Source of the DNA: Balanoglossus misakiensis
Lineage: Eukaryota; Animalia; Hemichordata
NCBI GenBank assembly: GCA_040954595.2
Contig: CM082577.2
Location: 9,511,846-9,575,845 of the forward strand
DNA length: 64,000 bases
Reading direction: 5' to 3'
Positions 1 through 14,000 of this stretch are shown piece by piece. Under the pieces are notes generated by a model that was not told where the DNA came from, did no database searches, and saw only the letters and a program-made list of their open reading frames with translations. The position numbers and the translations under genes were made by a program. The first letter of the stretch is position 1, and each line of letters begins with the position of its first letter.

Positions 1-626
1 CAAATTCTCGCATTTGTGTGTGTTGACTTTTGGGGTGTCACACGACTCCATCTACGTTGGAACCACTTGAACAGACCCCCAAATTTAGTATGACACGGCC
101 ATGCTTCATTTTCAGATAGCTGTTTAGATATTTTCACCACAGGAAAACTACACACCAAATTTCTCACTATATATATTTTTAAAACAAGAAAATTACAATG
201 TTATGTGTACTAGTATGTGGCGGCCATATTGGGCAAAACGTTAATAACATTACAACTTTCCGGTCATCAGAATTTAATAGACTTTCAATCTCTTATTAAG
301 GCGATTTAATACTACAGATAACCTTTGAGAAACCTTTCGTTGCAAGGGTAAGGTCTTTTTATTTCATTAGTGCAGCCGTCTAGTTAAAATACTTTTGAAG
401 TTGTATTTCTTCATTCCGTTTGATGAAGATTTTCTATTTAATATTTGATTATTTCATTTCTGACGATTGATTAGTCTTCGTCTTCATGATCTGGTCTTCT
501 TCTCAGTCTGTCTGTCTTGTCGCTGTAATTATTCCGATCTCTTGCGCTCACAGTGAACACATACCAACCTTTCACTTCTGGTATTTATACTTTCAGGTAA
601 ACAGGTCAACAGAAGTGGGGGCCGAA

Positions 627-3600
627 TCATGGTCTCACGAAAAAGTCAGATCCGACACCGGTTTGTTCCTGGAAGACATCAAACAGAAAAGAAGCGATAG
701 TGTCCTGGAGGGAGAGATGAGAGTATATGCTGTGCGCTGCAGTGGGCCGCATTTGCAGGGATATTGGTAATTAACAATTTTGACACCAGACACGAGCAGC
801 TTGGAATACTACAACCGATATAGATACACGTTTAATTCACACTCATCCAGCATTTCAGTTTTCCCGCCCTTTACTCTGACGTAGTAAATATTTAAATTAC
901 CGATACCTCGCCTTTCCCTGGGAAGTTGTCAGCACACGCAAGTCGTATCTTCTCCGGAGTCGCGGGACTGTCTAATCTGAAGTGACCGTCTACTCCAGCA
1001 TCGACTCTGGCGGAGGATATGGCGTCCTTTATGGCCAGGAAAACCGCAAAGGCAAGGAGGAGAGCGGCTTCTCCGACACCCTGGGGTTCATCAAGGACGG
1101 AGGGAGAAAGTGTGATTGAAATTATAATCGACAGAAAATCAACATGCATTGCTAACACATAAATGTGGTGTGCAAATATGATAAATGACTGCATCCAATT
1201 CTCTCGATCTGGAAATTCATGCGATATTCATCTTAGACATCAATCATTACAAAAAGGACATGATGGCTTCTTTGTATCTCAAAACGCAAAACACAGATTA
1301 TTATTAAACCTTCATGTATGTGAATGAGCATTTTGCCAGCTATCATTTTGGATTCTGATACGTTACGAGACAACCTTCAAGTACATGTATACCATTTTCT
1401 GACACGCGAGATACGATGTCACAATGATTAAACAATAACTATAAAGTACTGGCATCATATTGACACCTAACAATGCAACCCACTCTGATTTGGAAATCCT
1501 TATCTAGTCAGTGACTACAACTGCACACACGTCTTGCACAGACACATGTCCAGGGCAGCCATCCACAAATCGGAAGATCCTTTTAGAACATGGTTTATCA
1601 TCATATGTTTGTCTCCAACCATACAGCGTACAATCACCACAGAATACTAACGGTTTTCCTTGTAAAACCTCGTAAAGTTCAGCCGCGAATCGAAATGAAA
1701 TGTAACCTCCAGGACCGGAAATAACTGCCGATTTTCGGGGTCACATGTTATCGCCGGCATTACTTTTATAGACCCTTATTCAAACTGTTACACTCACCTT
1801 CGATGAATACACACCAACTTTGCACGGCGCACCTTTCAGCAGCGTCACATTCAACTGGCTCGGGATATCACCAATCTGAGGTACCCTGTACATCCCAGGA
1901 CCCTTTGTCAACAGTTTGCCCTGATTGGAATATCTCAGTTCCTCCAATGCGTACAATCCATACCCCTGTATGAATGCTCCTTCGATCTGAAACAAAAAAA
2001 AAACATAAATTGTCTGTCAATACTTGACATCAGATTTCAGATTCGCTCAATTTGCTCTAAGCCTAGACAGGAATCAAACAAAACAAGCAATCAGCATAGG
2101 CTCTGATTAAGATTATCTTTGGTTACGCAGAAAAGTGCTCGCTGCTATATTTGCACTATAATTGTCACGTTTACAACGCGTTATATTGGGATATCATTCG
2201 TTGTATTACCTGTCCTATGTCCACGGCTGGATTCAGGCTCTCGCCAACATCCATCACCAAGTCAGCTCGCTTCAACTGGTGATCCCCGGTCAGGCAGTCT
2301 ACCTCCACTTCACAGCATGCTGCGCCGTAGTTGAAATAGTACTGGCCACGGCTTCCTTTCAGGTTGTCCCAGTCGTCGACAATTTCGTCTGGATATCTGT
2401 AAGAAATAAAATCCAAGTATACATGGTCACCAGATGTTGCATAAACATTGTTATATTATCGTCAAAGGAATCATCGAGACAACCAGTACCACCTCGGCAT
2501 ATCCAAATTCCGTTGTAAGCACACTGGCAGTTTCATAGGTTTATTTTCATGGTATAAGGGACCATCCCACTTTATTTCCAATCACTTATGTTTCTTGACC
2601 ACGTTCTGTAAGAATTACAATTAAGAAATCATAGATCACACTAAAGAAGGTGCACTTACTTGTAAAATCCAGATACAGAAAGACTTATCCTTTTCATATA
2701 CGCAGCATTCACCTGGAAAAAAACAACAACATATCTTCCCAATCAAGTCCAAACTATCATGAGATGTTTAAACATTACAATTCAACATCAGAAACAAACG
2801 GGAAGTAATATTCACGTTATGCATCGATTTTGATGACAGACTTTCACTTATCTTAGTAAGCATGCTTTGTAGATTGTTGTATTGCCAAAGACATGACGTC
2901 CTCTAAGACCAACCCAAATCCGTGGCTAAAGATGTCCGTCTCATGCATGAACTGTGAGTTATTTATGACATTTACCACGTGTTCACATATAATAGAAACT
3001 TAACTCTAATTTTTTCATGTCGATTGTGAAAGAGACAGAGAAAAGACCTTAGCGGTATGCTGGCATCTGAGAAGGTACATTTAGGTCTTGGTCTAATTAA
3101 CATGTACTCAGATGTAAGGACGCTAAAGGCCAGCCACCAAAGTCAGTATTTTACTGTCCCCTGTAAATCACTTCCTAGGAACCTTAACACTTGGATTGTC
3201 CAAATTTACAAGCATGCATCTGCTTACCCACTCTTCCCAGGAACCCTTGGGGTTCTCATGCATAATTGGCTCAAGTCTCTCCATCAGGATTTCACAAGCA
3301 TTCTAAAAGAACAGCGGCAGACAAGAGCAAAAAATAAGCACGTTTCTTATGCATTCTTTAATTTATCACTATCTAGAAAGTATCTACTCTACCATCCAAT
3401 AATCCACTTACAACGGAAGTAAACTTTCTCCATAGACTTAACGCAGAGATTGGCGGCCATTTTGAATTTCGAATGTGTGACAATTTGACACAAAGTGGTC
3501 AGGCCTTACCTTCACAGAATTTCCATGCAAGTCAGTTCCGGCCGAGGCGGCTGTAAGGGGATTGTTGGGCGCCTTGTCCGTGCTGGTCTCGCAGACGTGT

Positions 3601-6600
3601 ATTTTTTCGTGGGGTATGCGCAGAACGCGACTGGCAATCTGCACAACTTTAGTGCTCAGTCCCTGGCCCATGTCGGTGCCTCCATGGCTGATCAGCACCG
3701 ATCCATCCAAGTAGATGTGAACAAGTGATATTGCCTGAAAATTGTAATGCGAAAATATAAAAGAATCATTCTTGAAAAAAAGGGTTCATGACTGGAGGCT
3801 CTGCTCTGTGGTGGTTGCAACATTATTTTCCAAACTACCCCGGCTCCCAAAGCAAAACACCAAATGGCCCACTAAAAAAATACCTGGTTGAGAGAAGGCA
3901 TTGGCAATCCCAAAAACCGTTTCAGAGGTATTATTGCCAGCCCGCTTTTCTTCCAGCGACTTTCACTGTGAAAAGAATAGGTGCTTGTTAAGATTCTGTT
4001 TTTTTTCTCATGTTAGTGACACGCCAGAAATATAATTACACACATATTCTGTGAGACATGCTAAAAAAAGAGACAGTATACACATATTGACTCGACTGGC
4101 CATGAAGGGTAACATCATAAGTTTGTTTCTTCAAGGGGCTAGACTGTGAGTCGCCCCCAATATAGTCCGATTCCCGAGGCCGAAGACAAGGAACCGTCAT
4201 CACCGGCAGACTATGCGCCTACCTGTTGAACTGATCAATCTCAGCCCTGCGTTTGGAATAGTCACTTCTTCGAAGGCATTCATCCCAGCATCGTCGCAGG
4301 TTCACAACGTCAGGGAGTTCCTGGTACAGGTGATCTATATCACCCTCTTTGTATAAATTCATTTCACGTATCTATCAATCAAAAATTCCAACGTGACCAG
4401 CTTTAGTGTAGGGCCAATCTGATCAAAATCAGATGTAGGGAACGGCGACGTCTTATACTTACGCGGTACGGGACAGCAAAGAATACCGTACCGCGTAAGT
4501 AAAAGACGTCACTGTTCCCTACATCTGATTTTAAGATTGGTGTAGAGCTAAGAATCATGGGCTTCCAAAGAGTATAGGCGGACCGAGATTGTATGGCGGA
4601 AGCGCCCGTGCCACCATAAATATCAGTAAAATGAACGGTAGTTGAAGCAGTAATCTGCCCGCTGTGTAGTACATTTTTGTACTACTGAATATGGTGACAG
4701 GTCGTTTAAATATTTTAAGTATGCGGGCATGTGAATTTTGAATGAGTGACGAATATGTATAATTTGTATGGGAGGGTGTCGTGTAAAATGCGAGAAAAAT
4801 TGCAAAATTCGATTCGAAGATGCAGCAGCTCTACATAAGTTCGATATGTTCGGCACACGTAAGATAGGGACACGCATAAATTACCTTTTCGCGGGGAATT
4901 CCAGCCTTGTGGGCAACAGCATCCATTATCATCTCCATAATCGCCATACATTTCGGGGTGCCCGCACCTCTCATTGGAATACAGGATGAAAGATTGGTTT
5001 TGCAAATCCTGCCGGATATCTTGTAGACGGGGATTTTGTAGGCGTTGTGCAGTTGTTTCAAAGCTACAAGGAGTACCTGCAGAAGAGTTGGAATACATAC
5101 TCAACATTTTGTAATGAAAGCGCAACATATTGCCAATGGTAGAGCGGAGAGACCACCGATGCCGTACGTTTCTATTGGTAAGCCAAACCAAGTGGGACTA
5201 CTACAGGGACAAAGTCTCTCTCTTGCTGCCTTTTTTCCCATTGATTATGTTTGATACAAGTCACTGTTCATGTTATGCTACATGTGGATATATAGTGAAT
5301 CAACGTTCAACCACAAACACCTTCCATATCCCACTTATAGACACAAGAGTTAAAAAACTCACCAAAATGAATAATCGTTCTCTATCATTTATTCATTTTG
5401 GGCGAGTTTTTACTCTCATATCATACAAGCGGGATGGAAGTTCTGTGTGTTCGAACGTTGATTCACTAAATACATGAAGAATAACATCAACAGTGTCTTG
5501 TATCAAGCATAATTAATGGGGCAGCGAGAGACAGACTTTGTCCCTTTAAAACACCAGAAAATTGTCTGCAAACCTTCACGTGTAAAAGCGCACGTTAGAA
5601 GGTGTGATTAAAAGTTACACGACATTCCACCACCTACCACAGGAGAAATTCCCTCAGTGCAGCCTGCATTCATAAATAGCTCCACATCCAGTGCCTTCAG
5701 TAGTCCGTGTTGACTGCAACCAACTCTGTATCTGGCTAACGCTGAATGCCTGGTTCCGGTCATCTGCATATCTTCATCTCTTCCCAATATGGAACGCACT
5801 GACTTTCCTGATCTGTGTTGTAAATGCGGAATTACATCATATCATGCTACCATGCATCCGCCATTCTGATTGGACGAGAGCTCAGGAAAAAAAGACGCCT
5901 TTGTATATTACGTAGTTCTCCATGAAAGTTGAGAATTAAATTTGAAAATGGGCCAAATTCTTTTTTCAAGTTGACCCTTATCAACAATATATCAGTTGTT
6001 CACGTAACGTTATAAAAATACAACAAAAATGCCCTTAATACGACATTGGCATTCCCCATATCATAATTGGCTTACTTTCTGGCAGCCACTGCGCACATTT
6101 TTGCCACGGCTGCTGCTGGAGATTCCTTGCCGCCGAATGCACCGCCCATTCTTCGGACTTTCACGGTGATCTTACTAGCAGAAACGCCAAGGGTTTCTGC
6201 CACTTGTTCCTATCGGATAGGAATGGTAGAATTACTCCAAACATGAGTCTTAATCATTAAGGTAGGGGTAGAAAGGTGCGCTGAGTTATATTTACATAAA
6301 ATCACAAGTCCCTCACCCCATCCCCCCAAAAAACATTCTAATTTTGGTATAATTTAGACACTTTGTCTATTTAAAATAGCAAGAGTTGCAACATGGCATC
6401 GAGTCCAGCGTAATTAAATGTGGAGCACATTTTCTTACGCAGGATGACTTCATGGTATATCAGCAATGGACAATTGCCTTCACTACAGTTACGCTTGGGG
6501 GAAACCTGCCTTTGCATAGAGCCTACACTATTTGAATATGTGGGTTAACCGGCAGTTATTAGTGTGTGGTCAAGGTCTGTTAGCTCCTTTCATATACATG

Positions 6601-8015
6601 TACACACACATTCCTGCATATTTCAAATTTTCATCTCAACTAACCTGAACATGCATTGGCCACTGGGTCGATGACAAAACTGTCATCTCATCCCTCTCCC
6701 CTGGCTTGACAACGCAGCTCTGTGTCTCCATGTAGTAATGGCTCTGAGCACCAACGTACACTTCACCTTCAACCACGTGGTCGGATTTCTCTAATTCCGA
6801 TTCCACGTTTCCTTCTTCAAGGAGTCTGGCGGGTTGGTAGAATGAGTTTTGCTTTATTGCATCCTATGGAAGAACGCAGAGCGAATTGTAGCTGAGCATA
6901 ATGTCTGAAATAAGACCCATGCGTTACTCTAATATCGCACGTAATCACTGATACAGTCTCGCATGCATGTGCAAATAATTTATATAAACCTTTGAACGGA
7001 ATTTTGCCCTTGCATTAATTATAACCTCCCCTGTGAAGCACATATTTTTAATCTAACATTTAGCTATGTATAACTTAATTATGTTCTCCACATGTTTCCT
7101 CCCGCAATGACTGATACAAGACGTCACTGTCGATGGCATACTCTCTGTTTGATTAATGATACCGAGAACGTCACAGAAGATCTTTGGTGGAATGAAATCA
7201 GTCAAGACATGTCTGCAAAACGACTACCAGATGTTTTCTTATGAAGTGCATTGTCCTTGTCCATCAAATCGCAGAATAAATGTATTTGCATTATGTAGGT
7301 GGCAGTAGTAATTTGTGCCAACTTTGTGTGAAATCTGTCTTGGGCATGACAGCTAGTGTAGTACATCTTGACAGGAAAAAACACGAAGGAATCGCTCCAC
7401 GCATGTTACAGTATAACGGCCACGGATTGACAGAGGGAGGAAGGACGTAGAAAGACAGACAGGTCACCCGTACTACGTCCACAGCAAATACCTTTATGGT
7501 CAGTATGTAGTCCTTGTCCTCATAAACAACGTTGACGAGTTTAACTGCCTTGCGGGCCATTTCTGGCGACTCGGCATATATCGCTCCAATAGGCTGACCA
7601 ACATGAATCACCTGAATTGAAATTGATAAAACATGCCGACCATGTTATACAAATTATAACGACACGACAGTCTAGGCACGACAGAATATTCAGTACATGT
7701 CATTCTTCTACAATAGTACACTGCAAATATCAAAATTTGCATTTCAGTTTTTAGGGCTAACATCTTCATTCCACACTTCTACTTACTTTATCTGTAGGAA
7801 AGGTTTCCGTATCTTCATCTGACGGATTGGGAGCAGGCCAAGAGTTCGTGCCAGGGACATCAGTAGCATCTATGTAACCGCAGACACCATCCAAGGACAA
7901 TGCAGCTGAAGTGTCAACAGATCTATCGAGGAGATACATAGACAGGAGATTATTATCACCTATCTGATCACCTAGTTCACCTAAATGTGTGTCTGCCTGC
8001 CTGTATCGGTCTGCA

Positions 8016-8056
<41 letters not shown>

Positions 8057-11000
8057 GCCTGCCTGCCAAAACCATCATGTATATCCACGAAACGTTGATG
8101 TTCTCAACATACATGAATGTTTTTTCCTCCTTTATACTTTTACACAGAACGTTCTCAAATACTTGAAAGATAACTGTAATGTTTTATCAGATTCTCGTTC
8201 CCTTTTGGTGCTGACAAAGACTGTCTATCATCATCTAATGAACATCTTAAAGACTTCATGTATTCAGACATCACAGGCAATGACATACTATGACCTTGCT
8301 ATACATTACAGGCAACGTTAACGTTAATCTATACTCACATTATTTCGGCATGTGGTCGAGTACTGAACACCACCACCAGATGCAGTTCACCTAGTGATGT
8401 TAGAATAATAATTACTATTACACAAAATATATTGGAAGTGCCTATCTCAATTTTGTTTAGGTTATAGTAACTTACAATAATCATTTTCTCCCTAAACACT
8501 TAATATATTTTGGGCATCGATTTCCATATAGGCTTTATATAGAGTTTCATTTCCATAAAGGCTTTATATAGAGTTTCATACCTAAATCATTACCGTTTTA
8601 GGGAGACGACATAACGTCAGAGTAGGACCCGCGCACAGGGCCATTAACATACACTTTATCCCCCCCCCCCCCCCCCGTTCTTAAAATGTGTGCCACGCAG
8701 CTTTACCTGGTTCTTCGTGAACATCATCACAGAATACGGCTTCACCGGTTACGAGCTGAAGTCCAGATTCGATCATCAGTGGGCGACCAACTGGATCAAT
8801 GGTTGGTTGTCCCGCAGGAACATCCTACGAATGATGTTCTGGTTAGAGCCATATTGCGAGATATGTACACCCATCCATCCATCTACATGTATCTGTCTCT
8901 GTCTTCCTTGCGTCCGTCCGTCTGACTGCCTGTCTGTCCGCCACTCTGTTTAGTTATCTGCCAGTCTGCGGATTATTTAATCCACTAATATTGTCCAACA
9001 CCTACCTGATAAAGTTGAGTGGAGGAGGCAGCCGGTTTTTCTGCGTCCAATAACACTGATTTGTTAGCACTTGAAACCAACTGAGCCTCTGCACAGCCAG
9101 CGTGCTTCTGGTGTGAAAGAAAAATAAGGCATCATATAACACCAACGTATTACCAGTTTAACTTGTTCTCCTCCCAGGATCTTTGTTAAATCATATAGTG
9201 TCTGAAGGACCATTGTAAAAACTGCAACTTCTCAAACTAAATAAGCTTCAGGAAAAGGGGCAAATATATTGAAAGCCATATCGCAGATCGTTTTATAATA
9301 ATTCCCAAAATTTTTTTACAGATCAGATGGTTATACGACAGAGCCAGTCGTGTCGATCTGTCATATTTTCTCAAACTGTGTGCAAACGTATAAATAATGA
9401 TGTACAAACATTATTACTAACCATCTTATCACTGACCTCATTCTGCACCTTCAGGTAGAACTTAAAGAAGAAGCTTTGAAGTAAAGCTTTCCTGTATTCA
9501 ACCATTCCACCGTTTGGTGACAGTGGAAGTTCAGTAATGAGCATGGATTGGACATCCTTCAGCAAACTTTCATTCCAGTTCCTTGTGAAAAAATGAGAGA
9601 ATCACTTTTCTGGTTCTAATTTACATGCAAAATACAACGCCACATGAGTTGCAACGATGACCTCATGACAGCCTACATAACTAATAACTATAGATTATAT
9701 TGTAAATGATTGCTGACATTTACGATGATTAAACATGTTTAGATTAAAGGGTAAAAACAAGTTTAAAAGATCGACCACGACCTTACCTGCCAACCATTTT
9801 CTCCGACAGCTTGGTAGCCATGACAACACAAGGTCCTGTTCCTCCAAAACTCAGAGCAGCTTCTTGGACAACATCTGAATTCTCCTCAAACCGTATTCGG
9901 AAACCTGCACTCACCACGGCGACTTCCGTGTCACGGCGGTGAACTTGTTTTTTGACCTTATACCCAGCGAAGAATTCGCTCTTAACACGAGAAAATGTTC
10001 GGAGAATACAAAAGTGAGATTTTCGAGCACATGATTTACACAGGTTTAAGTTCTGGCAAGTTCAAAGTTAAGGTCTAAACGATATTTCACCACAACACGT
10101 GATTAATAATCAACATATGGATACTACTAACCTTGGCCGAAATAGGAATGGTTAAAGACACTAGTATTTCATCTTGCTTCAAACAGGTTTCCCTGTACCC
10201 GATGAAGAAGGACTGGTCAAGGGGCTGGGTACGATTTCCTCCTACAAAATAGGGTTGATGGTTATGTCATAATAATGTAATAATCAACTATTTACTTTCA
10301 AGACACATAACATTGAAACGTATCCAGACATAGAAAACACGTATTGAGAAAGAGTACACAAAGGTAAATGAAGACCATTGGCAAATTGTACTCATAACAT
10401 GCAGAGTGAGCAGCGACGTGACACCAACCCTTCAGAGATGTAATAGTAACTGTAGCCCCTGCCGCCATCAATAATGGGATGAGATCAGACAAGGGACTTG
10501 CCGACATGATGTGACTACCAATTCCCTGTGAAAGACAACATGAGAATTAAGGACGCTTTATCTCCTTTTTAAAATTTTAAGAAAAGATACTATTTTGATA
10601 ACATTTTCTCGAAATTTTACTGCTATGAAATGTGGGAACCATGTAATGCCTTAGGGTAGTCTCCAGCCAGGATTGAACTGATCAGATTAAATATGCTATT
10701 TTCTTTGTAACACAGGAAAATGAATATAGTATCCCCAGTTTGCGTTCGACCGACATTGCAGCAATCAGGTTCCAATACAAACAGAATTTTATCAATGAAC
10801 TACCAGAATTTCAGAGAAACACAACTTACAGACACGTTTCTCAGTTGGCAGTCTCCAACCTGGTGTAGCATTTTCAGCAATTCCGAATACACTTGAACGT
10901 TTGAGCCTGAAATAGCAGGTACAGGAATATTACAAAAAATCGACGGCAAATTATCGTTTTCTCTGGTGGGTATAGAAAGGTACAAAAATGGTTATACTAA

Positions 11001-14000
11001 ACCAGCAAACTGTGAACTGTATTTGACTATGTTTGCTTTTCCAATTGACTCTTTCAGTTCCATTGAAGACAGTATGCTTGAGGAACACAACACTTTTAGT
11101 GCTGACTTGTTAACGATGTACTCACTTGGTAGTTCTTCGACACGTTCCTTCAACACTTCACACATGCGACTCAGTGTAACAGACGAACCCAGGGTGATTG
11201 CGTCATCGGTGACAACAGCTTGACACAGTTCTGTCACGTGAGACACCGACAGCAGGGTTTTGTGTTGGATCTTTTTTATTTGAGGATCAAATCCTGCAAT
11301 CATTTAGAGAAAATATTGGATGACTGCATGTCTTTCTGTACAAAAATGGTTACTGTGGATACATCGAGTAAATGAACCAACATTGTGCCCTCAATTTTAG
11401 CAGTATATAACATTTATACTACAAATTCATATGAACACACGAAAATATTGTCACTTGAGGTCTGCTATCTACCATTCTCTTGTTCAAATACAGTTACAAT
11501 AGAAGGTACCCTTACCAACTTCGGCATTTCCAACGACAAGAACGGCATCGGGCATTTCTGACTTCAATCGTAGAAGGTCGTTCAGTGTCGTCGGTCGCAA
11601 CCAGGTTGTTGTCTTGCCGGTAAAGCGTACAAGTCCAGAATTGTACCCATCATTTAACTAAACAACAAGTGATGGAGAAGTCAAGTAACCAGTTCGATAC
11701 TGCACTCAGTATTATGAAAACATATAGTTGATCACAGTGTTAATGATAACGGTGAATGTCCTTCTATGTTTGAGATTGAAGAGTAAATGAGTATGGTTTT
11801 CACAGAAATCGTACAGCCTGGGATTTGTCGTATTCTAAATTCAGATGGCACAGCAAGAAATACTCCTTGTTGTAATTACCTGCAATTCGGAGGGAAATAT
11901 AGGTTCTTGTGTTGGATCATACGGCGCAAAATCACTTGGCTTGAAAAGTCCGGACACCATCTGAAAAGAAGTGGACGGTATGGTAAAATATTTCACTTGT
12001 GCTACATTGACCGTTTCCAAAGTAGATAAATTCAACAACATGCTGATGGCAATACACGTTGCTCATTTTGTGACATGGCGTTTGCCAGTTAACTTCGTGG
12101 ATCAACAAAAAGACGCGGCTATATTCCACGGTTGTTTATGAATTCCATTCAATCTAAAGTGGAGAAATATTTATTATACTATGTGGTAAATACCCTCATC
12201 AAAGCTTACTCCAGACGAGAAAATCCATCGGACTTTCCCGTCTAAGCTATACCCATGCAGAAAGGGAAGAAACCAAATCGCGGAATGTGTTTGCTAGGAA
12301 TTCATCACTTCTCTTTATACTCACATCGCTGTCTTCTCCTCCCGAACCCTGACATGCTGATGGGTTTCCACAGCAACCGCTCTAAAACAAGGATTTATAT
12401 ATGAAGACAAAAAATCAATTGTTCGCCATACAGCTTTTAATAAACTGAGATAGAAATTTCAAAACAAGATTGCTTTTCATTGTATTTGAACATTCATATG
12501 GTTATTTGTCCTGTATGTATATGATTATATGTTAATTAAATAATATACTTATGTACTTCAGTGAATGTTTGCAATCCTTCCAATATCGGTCGATACCCAG
12601 TGCATCGACACAGATTTCCAGTCAGAGAACACTGGATGTCAGCAAAGTGTGGTTGCGGATTATTTCGTAGCAGTGTGTACATGGACATCACCATTCCGGG
12701 AGTACAGAATCCACACTGTAGCCCATGGGCCTTTGCAAGACGTTCCTGCACTGGATGCAGTTTCGTTCTTGTTGAACCGATTCCTTCCACTGTAGTCACG
12801 GCCATGCCATGTACAGCGCAGATGGGAGTGTAGCAGGCATTGACAGCGTGGTGTCTTAAGGTCAGCATTGTCATAGGAAAACCAGCGAATGGACAAACAC
12901 CCTGACCTGTTCAATCATTGTTTAATATATGATTTTCTAATAGAGTTTGACAGTAGTCTAAGATCAATTAGTTGACATTGGAGTACTATGTACTGTGACA
13001 GTCTACTTTGTATTGCATTGCATTGCATTGCATTGCATTGCATTGCATTGCATTGCATTGCATTGCATTGTATTGTATTGTATTGTATTGTATTGTATTG
13101 TATTGTATTGTATTGTATTGTATTGTATTGTATTGTATTGTATTGTATTGTATTGTATTGTATTGTGTTGTGTTGTGTTGTGTTGTGTTGTATTGTATCG
13201 TATCGTATCGTGTCGTGTCGTATCGTATCGTATCTTATCGTACCGTATAGTTTCGTATCGTATCGTATCATATTGTATTGTATTGTATTGAGATAAACAG
13301 TGCTACACTACTACTTGCTTGTTGTCTGTAAAGGTCTCTATAAGTTATAAATCGCCTAAATGTCAAAGAAAAACGACATATATAGAAAGTCACTGTCTAA
13401 TACTCCGAATACTTGTAAACATCCTCTCAACTAGGTAATTTGAACACATTCTCACAAACTGTATACTGCCATTAATAGCTCTAAATGAAGTACCCTGCAC
13501 CTAACACATAAATGTCCAAGGTAATCGTAGGTCAAGATCTAATTGAAGTGGATACAGTATCTTCTTTTGTAGGTTGTCATATCTTGATAGCATGACAGTA
13601 CATGCGCCGCAGCCGCCTTCACCACAGCTGTATTTACTTCCTTTCAAATATACTGTGATGTTGTCAAGGAAACGGTCCGAGAAAATGTTTCATATACATG
13701 TACTTATCACCCAATAAAAGAGAGTGGTTACATTTTCCCATAATTGACGATCTTTCTGAATATACAAACAAGGATACACTTTCTTCTGAGGTATGATAAC
13801 AGTGACACCTCAGGATCTACGTGGTGGTCCACAACCTGAGAAAATTAGTACAATTGATATATCACCGACTCTAGGTAAATATCCATAGAAAATGGGAACG
13901 TAAATGTACACATGTTGATTTGTGCAATATCGCACTACGATTGAAACCCCAGTTGACAATTTCAAAACTTATTTCTTTTGAAACGTGGGGCATGGTCGCT

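Noticed and set aside
9582-9990. Several AAG 3' splice sites in the oxidase genes
   Set aside because: AAG acceptors are uncommon but legitimate, and there are too few sites to claim a pattern without genome-wide counts.
12915-13296. Cys-rich ORFs (CIALH/YCIVL repeats)
   Set aside because: Translations of a pentanucleotide microsatellite inside an intron.
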